A stretch of DNA of 64,000 bases, taken from the NCBI GenBank assembly GCA_049627345.1, contig JBMZXF010000001.1:12635-76634 (forward strand), given 5' to 3'. The notes beneath the pieces were generated by a model, which was not told the DNA's origin, made no database searches, and worked only from the letters and a program-made list of their open reading frames with translations. This stretch comes from Poseidonia sp. (GTDB lineage Archaea; Thermoplasmatota; Poseidoniia; Poseidoniales; Poseidoniaceae). Shown in pieces: positions 25,043 through 34,038 of this stretch. Every line of letters begins with the position of its first letter. The first letter of the stretch is position 1. The position numbers and the translations under genes were made by a program.

Positions 25043-27849
25043 TCACCATGGGAAGCTATCGTCAACAACCGGGCACCTCCTCGTCAGAGGTTCGCAAAGA
25101 CGGCAAGCGCGTCGCAGGAAAGCAGGTGTTTCCGCCACCGGGTTCCGGCGGAAGCGAACCAACCATGCGCCCCCGAGATCTTGATTTCATCCCTGAAACC
25201 GTGGGTGGGAAGGAGCCAAAACCCGCTGGCGACCACATCCACGACCGCGACCGCACGGGTACGATTGTTGGGAAGCCTATCCCGCTGGTGGATTCCAATG
25301 CCAAGGTCACCGGCCAAGCATGGTACGGCGACGATGTTCGCCTGCCCGGCGAACTCATCGGTAAAATTCTGCGCTCGCCGCATCACTACGCTCGCATCAA
25401 ATCCATCGACACTTCTCGGGTGGAAGCCCTTCCCGGTGTCGTGGCCGTGTCCACCGGACAGGATGCGCCCAATCGATTTGGCGTTCTCCCGGTGACCAAA
25501 GACGAGCACGCCATGGCCGTCGAGAAGGTCCGACACGTGGGCGACCTGGTGGCCTGCGTCGCAGCGGTTGACGAAGCCACGGCCATTGAAGCCCTGTCGC
25601 TGTTCGACATTGAATGGGAAGAACTCGAACCGGTCTTTGACCCCAAGAAGGGATTGGAGGACCATGACGAACCCATCCACTGGCGAGGCAAGTACCACCT
25701 GGCTCGCACCAACGTTCAGAAGCGTGTCTTCCAGGAGTTCGGCGACCGTTCGCTCGTGAACTCGCCCCACGCCTCCTCCCACGGTTCTTGGACGATGTTG
25801 GGTGTCCACCACGGGTTCACCGAACCCCACGCTGTCGTGGCCCACTGGGACCCCAACGGGCGCCTCCAACTCTACACGCCTCAACAAGTGCCGCACTACA
25901 CGCACCGTGCCCTCTCAACCGTTCTCGACGTTCCCATGCACCAAATCAACGTGGTTCGCACCTTTGTCGGCGGCGGTTTCGGCGGCAAATCCGATCCCTT
26001 CCCGCACGAGATGTGCGCCGCTATTTTGGCGCGGAAATCCGGCCGACCCGTTCGCATCACCTTTGACCGAGAAGAGGTCTATTGGATCAACCGTGGACGG
26101 CACCCGAGCCACATCGATGTGAAGATGACCGCCGACACCGAAGGTCGGATTTCGAGTTTCGACATCGACGCCCTCATCGACGGTGGTGGTTTTGCTTCCT
26201 TCGGCCACGTCACGTCCTACTACAACGGTGTGCTGGCCACAGCGCCTTACGAACTCGGTTCGTTCCACTACACCGGTGCTCGCGTTTGGACCAACAAACC
26301 AGCATCGGGCGCCATGCGTGGCCACGGCGCCGTCAACACACGCTGCGCCGTTGAGGTTGGATTGGATGAGATGGCCGAATCGATGAACGTTGACCCCATC
26401 GACCTTCGGCTTGCCAACCTTTTGCCGCCGCACAGTCGAACCATCAGCGGTTTCCGCATCACCTCCAACGGCATGAGGGAAGCGCTCGAGCGCGTGCGTG
26501 AAGGCTCGAAGTGGGATGAAAAATTCCGTCAGATGCCGTTGGGCAAAGGGATTGGTATCGGGTGCGGTTTCTTCATTTCTGGTTCTGGATTGCCCATTCA
26601 TTGGGACCCGAAGAATTTCCCACACGCCACCGTTCACATCCAGGTCGACATGGACGGTGGTGTTACCGTCCACACCGGTGCTGCTGACATCGGCCAGGGC
26701 TCAACCACCGCTGTAGCTCAAGTGGTGGCTGAAGTGTTGGCGTTGCCCATCGAGATGGTCCATGTCCGCAGCCACGAGAGTGACACCAGCCCTGTTGACC
26801 TCGGTTCCTATTCCAGCCGTGTCACGTTCATGAACGCCAACGCCGCCATCCGTGCGGCCATCGGCATCCGAGACCAACTGCTCAAGGCAGCCTGGGAGAT
26901 GCTGGGCTACCACCCGAACGTCCTCGTGCTGAACGACCGTCGGATTTACTACAAGCACGACCCCGCTATCGGCGTTTCCTACCTCGAGGCACTTCACAAG
27001 GCTCAGGCCGATACCGGGGCCCTCATCGCTCGAGGCGCCTACCGCTCACCGCCCATGGGTGGCGTGCACAAAGGTGCCGCTGCCGGCCTTGCACCGGCGT
27101 ATTCGTTCTCCGCCTACGTGGCCGAGGTTGATGTCGATGTCGAGACCGGTCTGGTGTCCTGCACCAACGTGTGGGCCGCTCACGACTGTGGAAAAGCGCT
27201 CAACCCGTTGGCCGTGAAAGGACAGATCATCGGCTCGTGCCACATGGGTCTCGGCCAGGTGTTGACCGAGAAGATGGTCTACGGTCGCACCGGGCACCTT
27301 CAAAACGCCAACCTGTTGGAATACAAGATCCCCTCCGTTCACGAAATGCCTCACGTCGAGGCCATCATCGTGGAATCCAGCGACCCCGAGGGGCCATTTG
27401 GCGCCAAAGAAGCGGGCGAAGGTCCCCTTCTCCCCATCTTGCCGGCCGTGGTGAACGCCGTCTACGATGCCATCGGCGTCCGCCTGCGAGACTTGCCGCT
27501 GACGCCGGATGTTGTTCATGCTGGCATTCAAAAGCACCTCAAGAAGCACGGGCTGGATGACGAAGAACAGATGGAATCTCCTCGCTTGAAGCACGGCCCG
27601 CTGCAGTCGGTGTTGGTCGCTCGAGGCGATGAGCACCGAGAACGCGACCGCCTCAGGCAACGCAGTGAAGACACCTCTGCCTACGTCAACGGTGTTCTGT
27701 TTGGGTTCGACCCCGACCGACCGCTCTCCGAACAGGTTGACGGTTGGCGAGAGGCCGACGAGCCTCTGCCTGAGCAACTGGCTGAGCTTGGATTTGCAGG
27801 GCGAGCCTGGCTCAAAAAAGAGCAGCGCCACATGGAGGATGATGCCTGA
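25039..27849 (+). CDS. xanthine oxidase family molybdopterin-binding large subunit (HcrA-like)
   Basis: GGGFGGK, GAMRGHG, TGAADIGQGS, GSYSSRVTFM, GKALNPLAV, GPFGAKEAGE. Confidence 0.92.
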   Translation: MITMGSYRQQPGTSSSEVRKDGKRVAGKQVFPPPGSGGSEPTMRPRDLDFIPETVGGKEPKPAGDHIHDRDRTGTIVGKPIPLVDSNAKVTGQAWYGDDVRLPGELIGKILRSPHHYARIKSIDTSRVEALPGVVAVSTGQDAPNRFGVLPVTKDEHAMAVEKVRHVGDLVACVAAVDEATAIEALSLFDIEWEELEPVFDPKKGLEDHDEPIHWRGKYHLARTNVQKRVFQEFGDRSLVNSPHASSHGSWTMLGVHHGFTEPHAVVAHWDPNGRLQLYTPQQVPHYTHRALSTVLDVPMHQINVVRTFVGGGFGGKSDPFPHEMCAAILARKSGRPVRITFDREEVYWINRGRHPSHIDVKMTADTEGRISSFDIDALIDGGGFASFGHVTSYYNGVLATAPYELGSFHYTGARVWTNKPASGAMRGHGAVNTRCAVEVGLDEMAESMNVDPIDLRLANLLPPHSRTISGFRITSNGMREALERVREGSKWDEKFRQMPLGKGIGIGCGFFISGSGLPIHWDPKNFPHATVHIQVDMDGGVTVHTGAADIGQGSTTAVAQVVAEVLALPIEMVHVRSHESDTSPVDLGSYSSRVTFMNANAAIRAAIGIRDQLLKAAWEMLGYHPNVLVLNDRRIYYKHDPAIGVSYLEALHKAQADTGALIARGAYRSPPMGGVHKGAAAGLAPAYSFSAYVAEVDVDVETGLVSCTNVWAAHDCGKALNPLAVKGQIIGSCHMGLGQVLTEKMVYGRTGHLQNANLLEYKIPSVHEMPHVEAIIVESSDPEGPFGAKEAGEGPLLPILPAVVNAVYDAIGVRLRDLPLTPDVVHAGIQKHLKKHGLDDEEQMESPRLKHGPLQSVLVARGDEHRERDRLRQRSEDTSAYVNGVLFGFDPDRPLSEQVDGWREADEPLPEQLAELGFAGRAWLKKEQRHMEDDA

Positions 27850-28814
27850 TGCTGATGCCTCCGTTTGAACTCCACCACCCCACCACGGTGGCCGAAGCGG
27901 TTGAACTGGCCGCTTCGCTGATGGGACAGAACGAAGCCTTCGATTGGGTTGCTGGTGGCACGGACGTGCTTCCAAACTACAAGTGGCGCATCAACCCCAA
28001 ACCACACGTCATTTCGCTCGCAGGTATTGATGAAGCGCACCATCTCTCGGCCACGGAAATTGGTTGCATGGTGCCGCTGTCCTCCCTGACGGCAGCCAAC
28101 GACGTGCATCCTCTGCTCGTCGAAGCAGCAGCCAAGATCGCCTCCTCGTTGATCCGAAAGAGCGCCACCGTCGGTGGAAACCTGTGCTTGGACACCCGTT
28201 GTTTCTGGTACAATCAAAGCGAGGACTGGCGCCGTTCCATCGACTGGTGTCACAAAGCAGATTGCGGTACTGGCGCCGATTGTCGTGTGATTCCCAACCA
28301 GAACACCTTGTGCGTCGCCACCTACCAGGGTGACCTCGCACCGAATTTCATGGTCCTCGGCGCATCCGTGGTCCTCATCGGTCCCGAGGGCCAACGCACG
28401 CTCCCCATCTCGGAATTTTACGAACTTGACGGCATGAAGAAGAACGTGCTCCAACCCGGAGAATTCCTGCTGAAGGTGGAACTTCCTGCGGACGCCAAGA
28501 AGCGAAGGGGTTGCTACCAGAAACTGCGGGTGCGTGAATCATGGGATTTCCCCGAAGCCGGCATCGCCGCTTCGTGGCTTCCCGGTGATGCCTCGACGCT
28601 GAAGGTGGCGAGCACGGCCCTCGAATCCATCCCACGTCTTCATGATGAACAGGTGGAAGCGCACCTCGCTGAAGGTGACCTTGACCCGATCGGATTGGCG
28701 GTGCTGGTCCAAAAATCGGTCAAGCCCGTGAACAACACGGCCTTGCCGCCTCGGTACCGTCGTTCGATGGTGAAAACGCTGACCAAGCGGGCCCTTCGAG
28801 GTATTCTGGATTGA
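27849..28814 (+). CDS. FAD-binding medium subunit with Cys-rich [4Fe-4S] insertion (HcrB-like)
   Basis: AGGTD, ATVGGNLCLDTRC-x2-YNQSEDWR...C...C...C...C-x-ATYQGDLAP. Confidence 0.92.
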   Translation: MLMPPFELHHPTTVAEAVELAASLMGQNEAFDWVAGGTDVLPNYKWRINPKPHVISLAGIDEAHHLSATEIGCMVPLSSLTAANDVHPLLVEAAAKIASSLIRKSATVGGNLCLDTRCFWYNQSEDWRRSIDWCHKADCGTGADCRVIPNQNTLCVATYQGDLAPNFMVLGASVVLIGPEGQRTLPISEFYELDGMKKNVLQPGEFLLKVELPADAKKRRGCYQKLRVRESWDFPEAGIAASWLPGDASTLKVASTALESIPRLHDEQVEAHLAEGDLDPIGLAVLVQKSVKPVNNTALPPRYRRSMVKTLTKRALRGILD

Positions 28815-28823
28815 GGCGGTTTC

Positions 28824-29798
28824 GTGAAGCAAGTTGCCCCTCTCCTCCTGGCCCTCATGCTGGCGTTGACGCTACCGGTCGGGCAGGCTCAAGACATGCA
28901 GGGGCCTTCCTGGGAGATGGGTTGGGTCACGGACGTTGACCCGAAGTACGTCGTCGACCTTGAGGACGATTGGGATTTGACCGGAGAGTTGGTGGTGTAC
29001 GTGGCCAACGAGGGCCCAGCCGCCCTGAACCTCGCCCTCACCTACGATTACGACGAGGACGGGCCCTTCGAGCTGAACGGTCCAGAGAGCATCGAAGTGG
29101 CTGGCAACACCAACGACACCTTCCGCATCACCATCACGGGCGCTGAGGCCGATGTTGTGCGAGCATTCTCTCCTTCCTCCAGCGTCGAACTCGTCGTCGT
29201 TGGCGAGGAAAAGGTGGGCGACTCAACCTTGAGGACGCAAGAACTCGAAGCCGACATCACGGTGCCGAGGATGTACCGGCTGGTGCCCGACGCGATGGCG
29301 CCGACCGACGTGCTGTTCGCAGGCTCATGGGTTGACTTTACGCTCGAGGTGAGCAACCTGGGCAACACGCAAGACGCCATTACGATGGGTGAGGCTACGG
29401 TCAGGAGTTGCCCTCACCTGACGGTTTCGGGATTGGAACAACTCGACAACACCGTCGTGCAAGTCACCAACGCCAACGGGGACAACAAAGCGACCTTCAC
29501 GCTCCGACTTGAAGCAAGTTCGAGCCATCAGGAGCGAACCTGCGAGGTGTCCATCGCCGTAGAATCCGAAGGCGATGGCAACCAGCGTTCCAGCACGTTC
29601 AACGTGGACGTCAGTGCGCCAGCTGCCGACGATCCGACCGTGCCCGACGATGAGGTCGAGGAGGACGGTTCGAACTCACTCAGCACCTCCGATTCACTCC
29701 CTTGGCCGCCGGTTGGACAACTCCTGATGGCCTGTGCGGTCGCCGTTCTGTTCGCTCGGAGAAATTCCACGACCGAGTCAACTGGGGAAAAGATGTAA
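28824..29798 (+). CDS. secreted Ig-like/beta-sandwich surface protein with C-terminal anchor
   Basis: Signal peptide, NEGP and NLGNTQD beta-sandwich motifs, acidic linker, LPW + TM + RR tail. Confidence 0.75.
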   Translation: MKQVAPLLLALMLALTLPVGQAQDMQGPSWEMGWVTDVDPKYVVDLEDDWDLTGELVVYVANEGPAALNLALTYDYDEDGPFELNGPESIEVAGNTNDTFRITITGAEADVVRAFSPSSSVELVVVGEEKVGDSTLRTQELEADITVPRMYRLVPDAMAPTDVLFAGSWVDFTLEVSNLGNTQDAITMGEATVRSCPHLTVSGLEQLDNTVVQVTNANGDNKATFTLRLEASSSHQERTCEVSIAVESEGDGNQRSSTFNVDVSAPAADDPTVPDDEVEEDGSNSLSTSDSLPWPPVGQLLMACAVAVLFARRNSTTESTGEKM

Positions 29799-29814
29799 TT
29801 TTCTCTCGTTTGGC

Positions 29815-29838
29815 CGGTTCTTGAACAACCAAGAACCG
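29815..29838. repeat. perfect 9-bp inverted repeat
   Basis: CGGTTCTTG-aacaac-CAAGAACCG, 16 nt after the upstream stop. Confidence 0.7.
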
Positions 29839-29917
29839 AAGCACTGTGGGAATGAAACCTCAGAATTTTCCTGCCCATCGTTGAGCAACTATTATGTGTG
29901 GAATGTGTCTCCGAAGG

Positions 29918-29945
29918 TTGTAAATCTATGGTTTTCACCATAGAT
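29918..29945 (+). promoter_or_regulatory. TATA-like box overlapped by a perfect 9-bp palindrome (candidate operator)
   Basis: TTGTAAAT then ATCTATGGT-tttc-ACCATAGAT (29924-29945), 14 nt before ATG 29960. Confidence 0.55.
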
Positions 29946-29959
29946 ACGGGGGACGCACC

Positions 29960-31537
29960 ATGGCAGAAGCAGAACGAACCAGTTTGAGCCTTGAAGCATG
30001 GCTCATGATTGGTCTTTTGGTCTCCGTTCTCCTTTCAACGGTCGTGATTGCGGTGGTTTCCGCCGGAAAAACCACCGTGTTTTCTCCTTACGAAACCGAG
30101 TCGGACTACCAAGAGCAACAACTCACGTTCATGCGAGACAGCGTTGAGGACTTCACCGTCGCCAATACGATGTCGACGCCCATGTTGGTGAACGACTGGC
30201 AGAACCCTCATCGCACGCTCTTGGTCATCGCTGCTCCCGAGAAGCCCTTTGATGCTGCTGAGGCCGCCGCCATCCACGACTTCGTCACCGAGCGAGCCGG
30301 CAAGGTCATCCTCGCCTCCAACTCGACCAACGCCCAACAGGTGGCTGAAGAGTTCGGTGTGAAGTACTTTGACGCACCCGTGCGCGACGACATCAACACC
30401 GGCCGCTACTACGAGGTCACCGACGAAAACGACGACCGAATTTCTCCCGACACCAAGAAACTCTGGTCGGTCGCCAGCGTGAAGCGAAATGTCACCTCGA
30501 TGGGCGATGAAAAGGCCGTCCCCTGTTCCGAGGAAGATGTCCGTCAAGAGAACATCAACAACTGCCGCATGCCGGTCCTGTTCCACCGCCCCACGGCCAT
30601 TCAGATCTTGGATGAACAAGTCGACACGAAGCGCCAATACCACGTGCTGGCTGCCGCCTCAACCTCCGCAGAAGTTGACGCCGGTAAGGGCGATTCCAAC
30701 CCCACCTTGGGTGAAGGCGAAACGGGCCTTATCATCCGTATCGACTACCCCGGCCAAACCGTCCTTGACCAGCGCTCCCTCGAGAAGGGCGGCGACATCG
30801 GAGAGATCAGCGCCACCGGCAGCATCGTCTTCGTCTCCGACCATTCCGTGCTGGCCAACCACCTCTGGGACCAAGCCTACGCCGAAGAAACCGGCAAGCA
30901 ACAATGTGATTCTGAACTCTACATCCAATTCGGCCACATGTGCTGGGATACCGATTCCGAGGGTCTGAACAAGGGCCTCGGCGACACCACCTGGCGTGGC
31001 AACGAGGCGTTCTTCACCGCACTCATCAACGACATGATGGAGTTCGACAACGACGAGCTTTCAGCCACCATCGCCCGTGATACCTCGGCGTTTAACGTGG
31101 TGTTCGACGAAAGCCGCCACGTGTCGGGCAGCCTTTCCATGCCGTTCACCGAAGCCATGGGCGCCATCGTCTTGCTCACGAGCGATGGCGTGCTCAAGTG
31201 GCTCATCATCCTCAACCTCTTTGCGCTCTTGGCCATCGCCATCATGGTGGTCCCAGAGAAGGAAAACTGGCGTCACGTTTTCGACTTGACGCGATTCAGG
31301 GAGCGTCCAACCAAATTGGACCCGTCCCAATACCAACGGCGAACCCGAGAGGCCTTCCTCACCAAGGTTCGCAATTTCAACGACCTGACGCGAGACGAAT
31401 TCGCTCGCAAGTCCCCAGCGGAAGTCATACAGATGATCCGCGAACCCCGATTGGTCGAACTGGTCAGTTCGAACCGTGCCTACTCCAACGAAGAATTGAG
31501 GGAGCTCATCCCGCAAATCCGTCGTTGGGGAAATTGA
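29960..31537 (+). CDS. DUF4350-like (GATase-like fold) membrane-anchored protein
   Basis: N- and C-terminal TMs; LLVIAAPEKPF, GSIVFVSDHSVLAN, VVFDESRH; precedes moxR. Confidence 0.7.
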   Translation: MAEAERTSLSLEAWLMIGLLVSVLLSTVVIAVVSAGKTTVFSPYETESDYQEQQLTFMRDSVEDFTVANTMSTPMLVNDWQNPHRTLLVIAAPEKPFDAAEAAAIHDFVTERAGKVILASNSTNAQQVAEEFGVKYFDAPVRDDINTGRYYEVTDENDDRISPDTKKLWSVASVKRNVTSMGDEKAVPCSEEDVRQENINNCRMPVLFHRPTAIQILDEQVDTKRQYHVLAAASTSAEVDAGKGDSNPTLGEGETGLIIRIDYPGQTVLDQRSLEKGGDIGEISATGSIVFVSDHSVLANHLWDQAYAEETGKQQCDSELYIQFGHMCWDTDSEGLNKGLGDTTWRGNEAFFTALINDMMEFDNDELSATIARDTSAFNVVFDESRHVSGSLSMPFTEAMGAIVLLTSDGVLKWLIILNLFALLAIAIMVVPEKENWRHVFDLTRFRERPTKLDPSQYQRRTREAFLTKVRNFNDLTRDEFARKSPAEVIQMIREPRLVELVSSNRAYSNEELRELIPQIRRWGN

Positions 31538-31554
31538 AACAAGGAGGATAAGAC

Positions 31555-32682
31555 ATGCAACCCCCAGCCCCCCCAGCAGCCCCGCCCGCGCCTGTTCCTG
31601 CAGCGCCAGCAGCACCGGTGGCCCCTGCCGCACCCGCCCCACCAGTGGCGCCAGCAGCACCCGCCGCACCTGTTGCACCTGCAGCACCGGCCGCTCCGGC
31701 CCAGCCGAAGCACCAGAGTACCCCTGAAGTCCGAGAGCGCCTCAAGGCCGTCGGTGCGATTGCTCAAGCAATCTCTGCCGAAGTCCAGAAGGTCATCATC
31801 GGTAAGTCGCACGTCATCGACAACGTGTTGATCAACATCCTGTCCAACGGGAACCTTCTCTTCGAAGACTACCCCGGTCTGGCCAAGACGCTGATGACCA
31901 ACACCTTCGCCGATGCCCTTGGTTGCGACTTCAAGCGTGTTCAATTCACGCCTGACTTGCTCCCTGCTGACATCACCGGTACCAACATCTACGACGCCAA
32001 GAAAGGCGAGTTTACGTTCAAGCCCGGTCCACTGTTCTGCAATCTCCTCCTCGCTGACGAGATCAACCGTGCACCGCCCAAGACCCAAGCAGCTCTGCTT
32101 GAGGCCATGCAGGAAAAGCAAGTGACCATCGGTACGGTGACCCACAAGTTGCCAGCCCCGTTCATCGTTATGGCCACGCAGAACCCTGTGGAGCAGGAAG
32201 GTACCTACCCGCTCCCCGAAGCACAGCTTGACCGTTTCATGTTCAAGATGTCCGTCGGATACCCAGACCGTGCAGACGAGGACGAAATCCTCGCCCGCCG
32301 TATCAGCCGTGGAAAGGACGCTGTTGACGTTGACGTCATCACCGACCCTGCCCGTGTCATCGCCATGCAGCAAGCCTGTGAAGACGTCTACGTCGACCCT
32401 GCGCTGCGCATGTACATGGTCGAAATCGTGTCCCGCACCCGTGAGGACCCCCGCGTTCTCGTCGGCGCTTCGCCTCGTGGTTCCCAGGCCCTCCTGAAGA
32501 CCTCTCGAGCCGCCGCCGCCCTTCGAGGTCGCGACTTCGTCACCCCCGACGACGTGAAGGCCATTGCTGAACTCGCCATCGCCCACCGTATCATCTTGAA
32601 GCCTGAGCACCAAATCAAGGGTCTCGAATCCGGAGAGGTCATCCAGTCCATCCTCCGTGAAGTCCCTGTGCCCACGGTTTGA
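31555..32682 (+). CDS. moxR: MoxR family AAA+ ATPase with Pro/Ala-rich N-terminus
   Basis: EDYPGLAKT, RVQFTPDLLPADITG, LADEINRAPPKTQAALLEAMQE, EGTYPLPEAQLDRF. Confidence 0.95.
   Translation: MQPPAPPAAPPAPVPAAPAAPVAPAAPAPPVAPAAPAAPVAPAAPAAPAQPKHQSTPEVRERLKAVGAIAQAISAEVQKVIIGKSHVIDNVLINILSNGNLLFEDYPGLAKTLMTNTFADALGCDFKRVQFTPDLLPADITGTNIYDAKKGEFTFKPGPLFCNLLLADEINRAPPKTQAALLEAMQEKQVTIGTVTHKLPAPFIVMATQNPVEQEGTYPLPEAQLDRFMFKMSVGYPDRADEDEILARRISRGKDAVDVDVITDPARVIAMQQACEDVYVDPALRMYMVEIVSRTREDPRVLVGASPRGSQALLKTSRAAAALRGRDFVTPDDVKAIAELAIAHRIILKPEHQIKGLESGEVIQSILREVPVPTV
31558..31705 (+). repeat. low-complexity PAAPAAPVA coding repeat
   Basis: About 50 codons of Pro/Ala/Val with degenerate 9-aa periodicity. 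Confidence 0.8.
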
Positions 32683-32715
32683 AGCTGAACGCTTGCACAA
32701 CGAGGTGAATCAAAC

Positions 32716-34029
32716 ATGTGGAGTCGTAAGTCAGCCATGCTTGGCAGCCTAGCTGTTGCCATGTACTTGCTCGGCTTGACGCTCCGAAACACCCAACTCG
32801 TCACGATCGCCGTGGTTATCTTCGTGTTCCTTACCTGGGCTGCACTCCTTGGGAACCATGCGGATGTTGCATCGAGCGGCCGTCGTGCCGACGAGTGGAG
32901 TGGAGAGGAAGGCGTTGCCCTTGGCAGCGTCGTCGCCATGCGAAAACTGTCCAGCGCTCGCATGTTTGAGGATGGAGAATTGAACGTCACCCTCCGGATG
33001 CAAAACACGTCATCGTTGCCGAAGATTTTGGAAGTGCGCGACCGCGTTCCCGAAGTCATGCGCATCAAAGAAGGCGCCAACTACATCCTGATGGAACTCG
33101 GCCCACGCCGTGAGACCTTCATTGAATACACCGTCGAATGCCCCCTCCGTGGCTTCTACAGCCTCGGGCCCGTGGCCGTTCGAATCCAGGACGCCTTCGG
33201 GTTGTTCCACAAGGAAAAGGAATTGCATGTCTACAACGATTTCCTTGTGTTCCCGAAGATGGAAGACCTCAAGGAAACCTTCGTCAAGTCGCGTGTTCCC
33301 AAAATCTTCACCGGTGCCGTCAACATTCGACAACCCGGTCCAGGTTCGGAATTTTACTCCCTTCGTGAGTACTTCGAAGGTGATTCCTTCCGTGCCATCA
33401 ACTGGTCGGCCTACGCTCGCTCTGGCAAGCTGATGGTCAACGAACGTGAGCGAGACGCCGTCTCTGACGTGATCATCATCGTCGATTCTCGTGCCGTTGC
33501 CGAAACCGGACCGGTGTCGAGAAACGCCCTGGTCTACTCGACCCGAGCCGCTGCCTCCCTGGCCAAGTACTTCCTTGGCCGCCGCGACTCGGTGGGTGTC
33601 ATCGTGTACGGCGACGAAGTGGTCAGCGTCGACCGAGACACTGGCAAGAAGCAACTCTACGTGATTTTGACCAAACTCGCCGGCGCTGTTGCTCGTGGAA
33701 ACATCCCGCTGCAAGTCGTTGTGAACCGCATTCTGCCTCACATCAACAAGGGAAGCCCGATCATCTTCCTGTCCAACCTTGAAGACGACCCGACCATCGT
33801 GAATGCGTTGCGAGATTTCCGAGCCCGAGACTTTGACGTCACCGTGCTCTCGCCATCGTCTCTTGAGTTTGAATTCGATGCCAAGCGCATCGACCGAACC
33901 GGATACGAGGTCATGAAGACCGAGCGCGACGTGCTCATTGGCGAACTCCGTGGACTCGGTGTGAACATCATGGATTGGGAGCCTGACATGCTTCTCTCCA
34001 CCGCTCTGGCAGGAGCACGAGGATTCTGA
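32716..34029 (+). CDS. DUF58 domain protein (MoxR partner)
   Basis: RGFY, EFYSLREYFEGDSFRAINWSAYAR...LMVNE; SD GAGGTGA. Confidence 0.9.
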   Translation: MWSRKSAMLGSLAVAMYLLGLTLRNTQLVTIAVVIFVFLTWAALLGNHADVASSGRRADEWSGEEGVALGSVVAMRKLSSARMFEDGELNVTLRMQNTSSLPKILEVRDRVPEVMRIKEGANYILMELGPRRETFIEYTVECPLRGFYSLGPVAVRIQDAFGLFHKEKELHVYNDFLVFPKMEDLKETFVKSRVPKIFTGAVNIRQPGPGSEFYSLREYFEGDSFRAINWSAYARSGKLMVNERERDAVSDVIIIVDSRAVAETGPVSRNALVYSTRAAASLAKYFLGRRDSVGVIVYGDEVVSVDRDTGKKQLYVILTKLAGAVARGNIPLQVVVNRILPHINKGSPIIFLSNLEDDPTIVNALRDFRARDFDVTVLSPSSLEFEFDAKRIDRTGYEVMKTERDVLIGELRGLGVNIMDWEPDMLLSTALAGARGF

Positions 34030-34038
34030 GGTGAAACG

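Noticed and set aside
25039-27849. Aerobic CO dehydrogenase (coxL)
   Set aside because: No AYxCSFR (form I) or AYxGAGR (form II) active-site loop is visible; the motifs are HcrA-like.
31558-31705. CRISPR-like or non-coding tandem repeat (also the 23440-23950 GACGGCGA repeats and the 41370-42520 duplication)
   Set aside because: All are in-frame coding repeats with synonymous variation; there is no repeat-spacer structure and no cas genes.
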